In this document: positions 1 to 12,100 of the stretch, piece after piece
Layout of the letters: every line of letters starts with the position of its first letter
Position numbering within the stretch: position 1 is the stretch's first letter
Source of the DNA: Eledone cirrhosa
Taxonomy: Eukaryota
Length of the DNA stretch: 64,000 nt
Direction: 5' to 3'
NCBI GenBank assembly: GCA_964016885.1
Contig: OZ024751.1
Coordinates: 35,402,001 to 35,466,000 of the forward strand
Made by a program: the position numbers and the translations under genes
Notes under the pieces: generated by a model
Told to the model about the DNA's origin: nothing
Database searches by the model: none
The model's input: only the letters and a program-made list of their open reading frames with translations

Positions 1-1357
1 TATTGTTACAAGTCATTCATACATTATCAAAGGCCTGAACATGATACTGCATTAATTCATTCGAGCCAGAAATAGGACGAGGGGTTGGGGGGCTCTAAGA
101 ACCTGTTTGACAAACTAGAAACAGCAGCCAAACTTCCTTCAAATCGTACCCAATACTTAAAAAATACATATTAGATAATTTAGTCCGGGGGTCTATTTCC
201 AGGGGAAGAAAATAAAACGGATGGCTATATTTTAAATGTTTTTTTTTAGATAATCATTATGATAGAGTTGGTCAATAAGGTCGATTGATCAGGTGATCGA
301 TTTGGGTCGATTATTTTTGTAGATCAACGACATATAAAAACATCAGCTATTATTATTATTATAACTAATAAAGAAATTATTACTATTATTTATAATGTCA
401 CTTTTTATATTTTCATCATATTACGATAGAAAATACCCCCGAAAATACAACTGTAAAACCCAGAATACCAGAATAGGAACATCATTAATAACCAGAATAC
501 AATAACAGAAACATCATTGAGGTGTCTAAATAAACAATAATACTTGAAATATGTTTATTATTTAATAATATTTCAATGTGTAATTGTATAAAATATCTAT
601 TTAACAAAGATAGTATTGTTTGGTCAAATATAGTAATGACTGCTCTATAACGAATTATTGTTGAGGCGGCGACGAAATCAGAAATCCTGTATAAGTCTGG
701 TAAAACCACTACTCTATTAAATTAAACAATAATATCTTTATTAAATATATATATTTTACACAAATACGGATTTTATGGTTAAAACAAAACCCAAAAAAAA
801 ACAACAATTAATTATAAATATAATTGAAACAATTTATAGTACTTGAGTATTCTGTTGTATTCTGTTATTCATAACATTCGTGTATTCTAAACTGTTAATC
901 TCTTATTCTGTATATTGAGTTTACGCCCGAAATCTGAAGGTTTGCCACAGATATTACATAATTATGGTTATAATAAAGAAATAAACGTTAATTAAATGAT
1001 TTAATTAAATAATGAACTGTTCTGTTTATGATTTATGATCAAAAGAAAGGCAACAGACAAACAAATTAACCTTTTATTTAGTTTTAGTTTTGATAATTGT
1101 GCAAATGAATGATTTCAGACGTAAGATGATATAGTTTGACAAGTCAATTGTTACTGACTAATCAGAAAATATACGAAAACTATTTAACAAAGGACAAAAA
1201 AATACATGACAAAAAGACGACATGCGGAAGAGAAAATACATCCTAATATCAGAATAATGACTAAGAATTATATAAAAACCGAGAAAAATACAAACAAATA
1301 TAGATCTAATAATTTTAGGTGGTTTTAAATAACTATTAAAATAGATAAAAGAACACA

Positions 1358-1410
<53 letters not shown>

Positions 1411-4269
1411 ATGTTTTTTTACACACACACCCATATATATATATATATATATATATATATGGGTGTGTGTGTAAAAAAACATCAACAAAGAAGCTGTTGT
1501 GACAAGAATAACAAGTGAAGGTGGGTCAGTGATATAATCAAGTACAAAAGACACTTTCTGTCTGTTTTACAGAGATTTGACAAATCGGTAATGGTGAAAT
1601 TATATTTGATAATTGTAGAAGACTTAAAGGGGAAAGATAAATAAGTAAATCGTAAATATATATTTAAATAAGCCTATTTCTTTATTAAAGAGGAGAAAAG
1701 AAATCGTTTTTGATAATCTGAACACATTTCAACTCGTTTAATTATAAAAACAACAAAATATATTAATAAGAAAAAAAGAGGCGTTACTGCCTCATTATCT
1801 TTCGTAATAATAAGGTTAAGAAGGAAAGTGGATATTATGACAGATTAGATAGTAGAAACAATCTTGGAAAATAAGATTTTTCTTGACAATTTTAACGAGT
1901 TTCGTCTAAAATCGAAGTCAAAATATTTCCACATTTTTTATTTCTAAACACACTGACCAGAAATTAAGGTAAAATTAGAAAAATGTATATATTGTTTATA
2001 AATGTAGTTTTTAAAACTTACGTTCGGAGTTATATCATGGCCATTAATAAAGCTGGTAAATGTACCTTTAGGATGTGAAGATGAGGAAAAGGTGGAACTA
2101 GAGCTGGCCGAAAACGGCGAATGTTTAGCCATGTCCCAAATATTTTCAACAACAGAAAATGGAAAAAGTGGAATGATGACCAAAATATTGAGAGGTTAAC
2201 ACAAGGGGGGGCAACTCTCACCACCTTGAAACATTGTCTTGTTATTCGATGGAAGCCCAAACAAGATGAAATACGAAATAAACAAGATCTTTGTTTTGTT
2301 TTTGTTTTACTACCGGAAAATAGATATTAGGAAGATAGCAGGATTAGTAATGTGTATAGAGCTGGATAAATGCTTTGTGGTATTAAATTACATTCCTTTG
2401 TGTTCTAGATTCAAATCTCTGCTACAAGCCTCCGAGGGTGTGGTTGCTTAACAAAACGATTAGAGCATCGAACAAAATTGCGTAGTGGCTTGTTTTTTAC
2501 TTGAATTCCTTTGCGCTTTGTGTTCAAATCTCCTCCACGCCTCACCTAAGGGTAGAGCGGTAGAGTCGTTAGAGCGTCCGACAAAATGAGTAGTGGTATT
2601 TAGTCCCAGCTCTTTACGTTATCCGTTCTAATCCTATAGAGGGAGTCTATAACTATATTATTGTAGACAAGTAAAATTTTAGTCGTTCACTGTTTGTCAT
2701 CAATATATTGGACCAATGAGAAAGCAGCGTATCTCAACCATCACACAAGCTATGGAAATAAATATTTAGATTTCCTATATTATCTTCACTCAATGACTCA
2801 GATGGAACTGGCTATCAACTTTCTCTTTTCATCAGAATTCGTTATTTCTTTCAACTAGTCTTAAAATACACTTTAGTTGCGTGAGGTATGAATTAGTCAT
2901 ATCTCAAATTCCAATCCAATCCAGGACCTGCTCATTCCTCACTTCCTGTTGGAGGAATCTATCACTGGTTGAACTCCAATCTAGAACCTTCTCACCCCCA
3001 TTGAAGGAACTCCTCCCTGGTTGAACTCCAATCTAGGACCTTCTCACCCATGTTGGAGGGACCCCACCCTGGTTGACCTCCACTGCTTTCTGTTTGGTTT
3101 TGGTCATGTCAGGAGTGTAGCTGTACTCACCATACTTGGCCAATTGAGAGTTGATGATAACCAATAATTGGGGTGGCTGGCTGTTGACTCTGAGGAGTTC
3201 ATCTGCCCTTGGTTTTTATGCTGCTGGGGTTCTACTTACCTCACCAGACCAGGTTTTGGTAGGGGAGCCAGTTTAGTCACTGACCACTTGACCATCAATC
3301 GGGTTGCATTGGGTTACATGGTATTAGTAACAGGCAGAAGCCTGACCTGACAGGTTCCACCAGGATGAGCAGGAACTGTCTTGTCTCTTCCACATTTTCT
3401 GTTTAATATATTTGTCCCATATGTTTTCTAAATGTGTCTGCCGGGCTGCAGGGTGGCTGATGCATGGGCCCCAATTTGCTTATAATAGTGAGAGATGGGG
3501 AGAACGAAAGAGACTGAGGCAGTGACAATGGGAATTTGATTCTATTATGTTCTATTGCTCAAACTTATATTAATGTGGGGCTTGGGTGTTGGTAGTGCAG
3601 GGGAGGACTTACAGTTACCTAGACCTTATTTCTATTGCTTTTGATTGTAGCAATTATCCTGTTGTTTTCATCTTGACCAGCTATCCATGGATAACTCCGC
3701 AGTTTCTTTTGATGCACTGGTCGTGAAAAGTCCTGTCTTATAAAGCATCCCAAACTATATTGATCCCCAGAAGACAGCTGATGAGCAGGAATTGTCTAGG
3801 GGGCTTGTCTCTACCATGTTTTTTGTTTCCTATATTTCTCCCATGTGTTTTTTAATGATATAAATCACATGTTTGATTTTCTTTATTTCAAGGTCAGTAA
3901 AATAAAGTACCATTAAAATACAGAGGCTGGTTAAATCAACATTACACTACACCAAAATGACTGGCCTTGAGCCTGAAGCAGATGATGAAGCAGTTGAAAT
4001 GTCACTAAAGATGTGTTGGCAGCAATCACTGCTGATCTTTGTCATATGGCTTACACAAAAAGGTTGATGTGTTGAAACTTCTCCATTTCTTTGATGTTGT
4101 CAGACCACAATTTTCTTTGTCTGCCTCTTCTTCAAATGTGCTCTGGACAGGAACTACTTGTGGGATACATGTTCAGACATGACAGGTTTTTCATCTTTCC
4201 ACTCTTACAAGAAGTGGTTTCTATTTGACAGTATATTTGTCAACATACTGTCTGACAAAGCTGTTTGGC

Positions 4270-4678
4270 TTGTGTTCTGTATATGAGACACATAGCAGCC
4301 CTTTGGGACAGTTGTGTTCTGTGTATCAGACACATAGCAGCCTTCTGGGACAGTGGTGTTGTGTGTATGAGACACAGCAGTCTTCTGGGACAGTGGTGTT
4401 CTGTGTATGAGACACAACAGTCTTCTGGGACAGTGGTGTTCTGTGTATGAGACACAGCAGTCTTCTGGGACAGTGGTGTTCTGTGTATGAGACACAACAG
4501 TCTTCTGGGACAGTGGTGTTCTGTGTATGAGACACAGCAGTCTTCTGGGACAGTGGTGTTCTGTGTATGAGACACAGCAGTCTTCTGGGACAGTGGTGTT
4601 CTGTGTATGAGACACAGCAGTCTTCTGGGACAGTGGTGTTCTGTGTATGAGACACAACAGTCTTCTAGGACAGTTGTT
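4270..4678. repeat. 40-bp minisatellite, about 10 copies
   Basis: GAGACACAGCAGTCTTCTGGGACAGTGGTGTTCTGTGTAT. Confidence 0.95.
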
Positions 4679-5810
4679 TAAATGCCTGGATCCTATAAAT
4701 TTGTATCAATGAATGCTTAAAACATATCTCTGCAGTAAAAATAAATCAATGACAACAACTGTCTCATTTATCAGCTCCTACATAATGGCATCAGTAAAAA
4801 CAAACAGTAGAAATTCATTATTCTAAAAAGAACCCACCACTCCAACAATTTGGCACAAGGGGAAAGTCAATAAAATTGACCCCAGTACATTACTGGAATG
4901 GTATTTTCTCAACACTGTAAGGATGAAAGGCAAAGCTAGCTTTATCGAGATTTGAACTCAGAACACAAAGGGGTGTAACTACATGATGCAAAGCATGTGG
5001 TCTGACACTCTACTGATTTTGCCAACCCACTGTTCTAGAATAACAGAATACAAACATCATTAATAAGAAGGGTTAAGATGATATCACAGCTATTACAGTA
5101 ACTTAGGTGAATGTGTGGCCAAGTGGTTAGGATATAGGGCTCAAGGTCATACAATGATAGTTTCAATTGCCAAACCGGGAGGAGATGATAGCTATATTAG
5201 AGTGAGTTTCCTGGGAAAAGGTCACATGGTAGACCGTCAAAGAACTGGAAGGATCAAATACAAGAGGACACTGGTATATCACTTACTTCAGCCCTACAAC
5301 TATATCTTTCATTTTACCCAAGCAACACGATACTAACTGGGTATATTTTCTCTCACTCTCTGGATTGTTTTGTGTTGTCATCACACAATCATACCAACAG
5401 AAATGTTTATTTTCTGCTACACAAGCTGGCTTAAAAAATAGAAAAAAAAGCAATTTGACTCTTGTGCAAAACTACATAGCCAAATGAGAGCTGGTGTTTA
5501 CTAAATATGTTTGAGATTGTTTTGTAAGGTTTGAAGCTTGTATCTCCACTTGTTTTCCATTTTCTCTGTTTCATCATACCAACACATTCTTCACTTGATC
5601 ATCTATATGTCACCCACCTCACAACTTTCCATCTCTCTCTCTGTAGCAATTACTGACCAAAGTTTTTACGTCCTTAGGGATATTTTAGCCCAACTTCCAT
5701 GCTGATGTCATCGATAGCTTTCAGCTGTTCTTTGTGTTTGAGTTTTCAATTTTTCTATGAACTAGAATAGTAATATTACAAGAACATTGGAAATTCCATT
5801 TCCTTGTTAA

Positions 5811-6016
5811 CCCTTTAGCATTTAAACCGGCCATATCCGACCAGAATTCTCTCACCTCTTTCTGTTCAAACTGGCTATAACCAACTACTCATTGATGTTA
5901 AGGTATTATTCTCAAAATAAATAATATCAAAATCTCATAGCTTCAATATTATGTGAAGTAAAGCCTTTACCGTGAAAATATAATTGTATATATAGAGTAA
6001 CGTGAATGCTAAAGGG
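5811..6016. mobile_element. piggyBac-type MITE
   Basis: TTAA|CCCTTTAGCATT...AATGCTAAAGGG|TTAA; further copies at 23553-23763 and 42816-43036, partial copies at 24790-24905 and 53045-53190. Confidence 0.85.
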
Positions 6017-7639
6017 TTAAATATTTTTTTAAAAAGCAGCAAACTTTGAAAAATTTCTGTTAATAAAGTGAGAAAAAAAAATAATCAAGTGGTCTTAATT
6101 TTTTCAATGGAAACAAATCTATTGGAATTGCAAATTTAATTTATTTCAGCGGATTTTCAAATTTATATTAAAAAAATTTTCATTTTCGAAAACAAAAAAA
6201 TAAAGCATTATAAAATTTAATACTACGAGTGTGTTCTGTTAAAATTGTTTTTAAAAAAAATTCATTTTTTTTTTCCTTACTAAACAATCATGATAGTACA
6301 TGGCCAAGTGGTTAGGGTGTTGAACCATGATCATAAGGTGATGGGTTCGATTCTTGGACAGGTAGCATGTGTCCTTTGAGTACCAGCAGTTGGGAAGTTA
6401 ACCCCTTCAAACAGATTGGCATCTGGTGGGGGGAGAGTCGTATCAGGACAGAACTGTGGGCCCCACCCTATCATTAAAACTCTCCTAGAAACTTCCTATG
6501 AGATGTAACCTCATAAAAGCCCAACTAAAACCTAAATGTGAAGAATTCTTACTAAATTTCATTTCTTATTTTTCAGACATTTATAATTCCAATAAAAAAA
6601 AAGAATCCTATTTTTTGGATTTGTGGAAATTTTCTACCATTTTCATCTTGATTTGGGTAACAGCTGTAATCAGATAAATATAAGGTAATGCTTTTAAATC
6701 AATAACCAATATCACCATGTGTTTTGTCTTCTCAATTCTTCCCTGTTGACATTTAGCTAGAGTTGAACTCCATCTATTTTAGAAATAAGATTCTTCACTG
6801 TAACCATCAGCATCATTCAATAACAGAAGATAAACGGCAAGAAAATAATTAATATTTCAGAAATGATTTATTTATTAATTAAAGTAAATTCAGTATTTCT
6901 CTCATTTTTTTTTGTTGGTTTGTTTGTTTGTTTGTTTGTTTCTTTTAAATGTTTATCGATGAAAAATGTTCTCCCTTAATCCCTGATAAAAAGTTCCAGA
7001 TTCAGAGTTGATCCCAGAACTGATCCCTGTTAGTAAATCCTGATTGGAGTATTGCTTCAGATGCTAACTTTATTTCCTGGTAGGATTTCTTCTTTTTTAA
7101 AATAAATTTTCAATAAAGTTCTTGCAGTTTCTATGAAATAGTAAACCACATTTCACTGAAAAGATAGCAAAGCCTAAATTTGACACAAAATATTTTAGTT
7201 CCTTAAATAAATTAGCACAGGTTGATGATGATGTGTGCAAAGTGATTTTACAATTTATCTCAGAAGTGATCTTGGAAGAAGTTGAAAGCAAATAGAATGA
7301 AATAAATAAATAAATAGATAGATAGAAAGCGATGACAGAGAGGCCGTGTATTTTCATGTCACATAAAAACAAGAGGGGAGTGGGTTCATATTCCTTTGTT
7401 AAAGAGATGTTTCCTTGAATAAAGTTTTTATTTTCTTAAAAAAATATGAACAAATGAAACATGAAAAAAAAAATAATAATAATAATACGTGACTAAGATA
7501 AAAATAAAAAATAAATTTATATGAAAATAAAATATAAAATAATTATTAAAGAACAGGAATGATACATACAAAAAAAAAAAAGCTAAAGAAATAAAATGTT
7601 CTGTCGTTAAAATTAGTAAAAAAACTGATTCAATTGTTC

Positions 7640-8170
7640 CAATGTAACAGTTGTGTTACATTAGATTAAATTAATGTAATACTAGATTATGTGACATTGT
7701 AACAGAAAGCTGCGTTACATTAAATTGAATTCAAATGTAACATACTAAATTATAGTGACTTACATTAAACTGGGTTGATGTAACGTGTTACATTCAATAG
7801 AATTAATGTAACATACTTAAGTTTGTGTTACATTCAACAAAATTAATGTAACGTAAGTTTGTGTTACATTCAACACACTTCATGTAATGTACATTACTGT
7901 AACATACTAAACCGTGTTATATTCAATAGAATCCAAATGTAACACAGACTAAACTATAGTATGTTACATTCAATTCAAATGTAACAACACTAAATCAAAG
8001 TTTGTGTTACATCCAATAAAACTAATGTAACGTACTAAACTATGTTACATTTAACTGAATTCAAATGTAACACGACACTAAAACTAATGTTTGTGTTACA
8101 TTCATTAGAACTAAAATGTAACAGACTAAATTATGTGTTACAGCCAATAGAATGAAAATGTAACAGAGAC
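7640..8170. repeat. Degenerate tandem array of TGTTACATT...AATGTAACA hairpins
   Basis: About 12 units with period of roughly 35-50 bp, conserved inverted stems and variable loops. Confidence 0.8.
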
Positions 8171-9124
8171 TAAATTATGTAAAAATACACAATGACAAGA
8201 TCATAAATCAATTTCTATACAAAATCTGAAGACAGCAAGTAGCTGTGGAATAAAAAAAGAATTGAATAAATAAAATTAAAAAAAAAAGATATCAGCAGGG
8301 ATGAGGTGATATAACAGAAATTAGTGCCAGCAGCAAAAGCCTTTTTTATTATTATTATTAATTATTATTATTATTATTATTATTATAATATACATATTTA
8401 TCAGCAGATAAAGAAATCCATGAAATTTATCTGTTTCCAAGATACATAGTTTTGTGTGTGTGTGTTTTTTTTTCAATTATCCTTTTGTGAATCGATTATA
8501 CTTTCTCAAAATTACACCGATTCCTTTAGACATTAATTTATTTATTCTTCAAAAATATTATGAAGCTCAAATATAGGAAAGGGCAGCTGAAAAAGCAGCC
8601 CCTTGTAAGTGTCAATATTAGGGGAAAATCTGTAGTAAAGTGTTTGCAGTCAAAAGGCCTGGTTGATTTTAACTGGGCACTATAGTAGAGAGAGACAGCT
8701 GAAGTTAAAACAATTCTATTTTTTTTTCATTTTTTTCGTTTTCTTTTTCTTTCTTTTTTTTTGCAAAATAATAATGGTGGTAATTGAATTATTCCATCTA
8801 AAAGGAGAACTAACATTAGCCAGTAGATTCACCAGAAAACTGCTGTAGTAGTAGTTGAAGTAAGTAGTCGTAGTAGTTGAAATAGAAGAAACTTCTGGAG
8901 ATGAGAAACTGAAATTGTATATTTAGGAAAAGAAAGAATGGAGAGGCAGGTACATAACAAAGATGACTAATGAAGCAGACTGATATTGGTTATATCTAAA
9001 GAGAAACAACAATAACAGCAGTATTGTAGCAGCCCAGCATCACTTGAACAGCAAGAGTTAAGGAGCAGTGATGGAATAGAAAAGGTTAACATCATCTTCA
9101 TCATCATCTATCTGTGTTGATTTT

Positions 9125-9163
9125 TCACATCTGGCAGTAATAAGGACCACGGAGTTTCAGAAA
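9125..9163 (-). CDS. SHOC2: SHOC2 coding exon 17 (terminal)
   Basis: tttcag|[15 protein letters not shown], matching the conserved FLKxxGPY C-terminus. Confidence 0.93.
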   Translation of the reverse strand, partial: FLKLRGPYYCQM

Positions 9164-12100
9164 CTGAAAGAAAAAGAAGAAATAAATGAAATATTTCAGG
9201 AATCAAAATATTTGGTAAAAATTAAAAATATTCAAATATTCACAAAAATAAAGTGAAGTCATCTTCCTCTCCATTTATCCATGTTAACATAGGTCAGGTG
9301 TGTTGTCCCACTGTAAGACAAGCCAGGTAAGATGGCTGTCTTGCTCATACAGAATGTTTCTGGCTTGGTTTCTATGACCAGATGTCCTTCCTAATGCCAA
9401 CTACATTTACAGTAAGGATTGGGTGCTTTTTTATCATGTCACCAACATGACCACTTTACATTAAGGACTGGAAGCTTTTTATTGTGATACAGCCATTTTA
9501 CATGTCATGTCATTTACACATCCACTCTACAGGGTGACATATGTTCACTCTACTCTTGAAGTGAATCTATATTATAATACACAACCTAAACAGTTTGGTT
9601 AAAGTTGGTATTCTGCCCATAAAACAAATGGTTTATGACATCCTAGTATAATACAATAAAATACTAACCTGAATAACAAGAGATGGTCCTTTGTTTACAA
9701 TTTCTCCAGGGATTTGACTTAGAGGACAATTCTCTATGCTCATAATCTGTAAGTTTCCACATAAAGCCAATTCATATGGTAGACTGTGAAGTTCTGGGTT
9801 GTCGTTTATGTATAAAGAGTTCAAATTTTCAAGACAACCTAAAAATAAATTTAAAATCAACGTAAGTTATGGTTATTACAATGTTGGAAGTTTGAAGATT
9901 TATAATAGTATTTCCTCTGATAATTGTAGTAGTAGTAATAGTAGTAGTGTAGTAGCTGACTTAAAGTACTTTGTGTAAACTGAATATCAAATACCTGACA
10001 CGGGAAAGGCTTACCTTTAATAATATAGTAATCATTACAGGTAAACAGTAATGTGGTATTACAGGTAAACAATAATGTAGTATTACAGGTAAACAGTAAT
10101 GTGGTATTACAGGTAAGCAGCAATGTGGTATTACAGGTAAACAGTAATGTAGTATTACAGGTAAACAGTAATGTGGTATTACAGGTAAACAGTCATGTAG
10201 TATTACAGGTAAACAGTAATGTGGTATTACAGGTAAACAGTCATGTAGTATTACAGGTAAACAGTAATGTGGTATTACAGGTAAACAGTAATGTGGTATT
10301 ACAGGTAAGCAGCAATGTGGTATTACAAGTAAACAGTCATGTAGTATTACAGGTAAAAAGTAATGTAGTATTACAGGTAAAAAGTAATGTAGTATTACAG
10401 GTAAACAGTAATGTGGTATTACAGGTAAACAGTCATGTAGTATTACAGGTAAACAGTAATGTAGTATTACAGGTAAACAGTAATGTGGTATTACAGGTAA
10501 ACAGTAATGTAGTATTACAGGTAAACAGTAATGTGGTATTACAGGTAAACAGTAATGTAGTATTACAGGTAAACAGTAATGTGGTATTACAGGTAAGCAG
10601 CAATGTGGTATTACAAGTAAACAGTCATGTAGTATTACAGGTAAAAAGTAATGTAGTATTACAGGTAAAAAGTAATGTAGTATTACAGGTAAACAGTAAT
10701 GTGGTATTACAGGTAAACAGTCATGTAGTATTACAGGTAAACAGTAATGTAGTATTACAGGTAAACAGTAATGTGGTATTACAGGTAAACAGTAATGTAG
10801 TATTACAGGTAAACAGTAATGTGGTATTACAGGTAAACAGTAATGTAGTATTACAGGTAAACAGTAATGTGGTATTACAGGTAAACAGTAATGTAGTATT
10901 ACAGGTAAACAGTAATGTGGTATTACAGGTAAACAGTCATGTAGTATTACAGGTAAACAGTAATGTGGTATTACAGGTAAACAGTAATGTGGTATTACAG
11001 GTAAGCAGCAATGTGGTATTACAAGTAAACAGTCATGTAGTATTACAGGTAAAAAGTAATGTAGTATTACAGGTAAAAAGTAATGTAGTATTACAGGTAA
11101 ACAGTAATGTGGTATTACAGGTAAACAGTCATGTAGTATTACAGGTAAACAGTAATGTAGTATTACAGGTAAACAGTAATGTGGTATTACAGGTAAACAG
11201 TAATGTAGTATTACAGGTAAACAGTAATGTGGTATTACAGGTAAACAGTAATGTAGTATTACAGGTAAACAGTAATGTGGTATTACAGGTAAGCAGCAAT
11301 GTGGTATTACAAGTAAACAGTCATGTAGTATTACAGGTAAAAAGTAATGTAGTATTACAGGTAAAAAGTAATGTAGTATTACAGGTAAACAGTAATGTGG
11401 TATTACAGGTAAACAGTCATGTAGTATTACAGGTAAACAGTAATGTAGTATTACAGGTAAACAGTAATGTGGTATTACAGGTAAACAGTAATGTAGTATT
11501 ACAGGTAAACAGTAATGTGGTATTACAGGTAAACAGTAATGTAGTATTACAGGTAAACAGTAATGTGGTATTACAGGTAAACAGTAATGTAGTATTACAG
11601 GTAAACAGTAATGTAGTATTACAGGTAAAAAGTAATGTAGTATTACAGGTAAACATTAATGTAGTATTACAGGTAAACAGTAATGTGGTATTACAGGTAA
11701 ACAGTAATGTGGTATTACAGGTAAAAAGTAATGTAGTATTACAGGTAAACAGTAATGTAGTATTACAGGTAAACAGTAATGTAGTATTACAGGTAAACAG
11801 TAATGTGGTATTACAGGTAAACAGTAATGTGGTATTACAGGTAAACAGTAATGTGGTATTACAGGTAAACAGTAATGTGGTATTACAGGTAAACAGTAAT
11901 GTGGTATTACAGGTAAACAGTAATGCGGTATTACAGGTAAACAGTAATGTGGTATTACAGGTAAACAGTAATGTAGTATTACAGGTAAACAGTAATGTAG
12001 TATTACAGGTAAACAGTAATGTGGTATTACAGGTAAACAGTAATGTGGTATTACAGGTAAAAAGTAATGTAGTATTACAGGTAAACAGTAATGTAGTATT

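Noticed and set aside
4205-4657. Overlapping Cys/His-rich ORFs resembling a metal-binding repeat protein
   Set aside because: They are frame rotations of a 40-bp minisatellite, with no start or splice context.
7640-8170. CRISPR-like appearance of palindromic repeats with variable intervals
   Set aside because: Eukaryotic context, no cas genes, degenerate repeats, and the variable parts are short and related to each other.
9125-9139. Possible CaaX prenylation signal at the SHOC2 C-terminus
   Set aside because: The protein ends YCQM, with Cys third from last rather than fourth.
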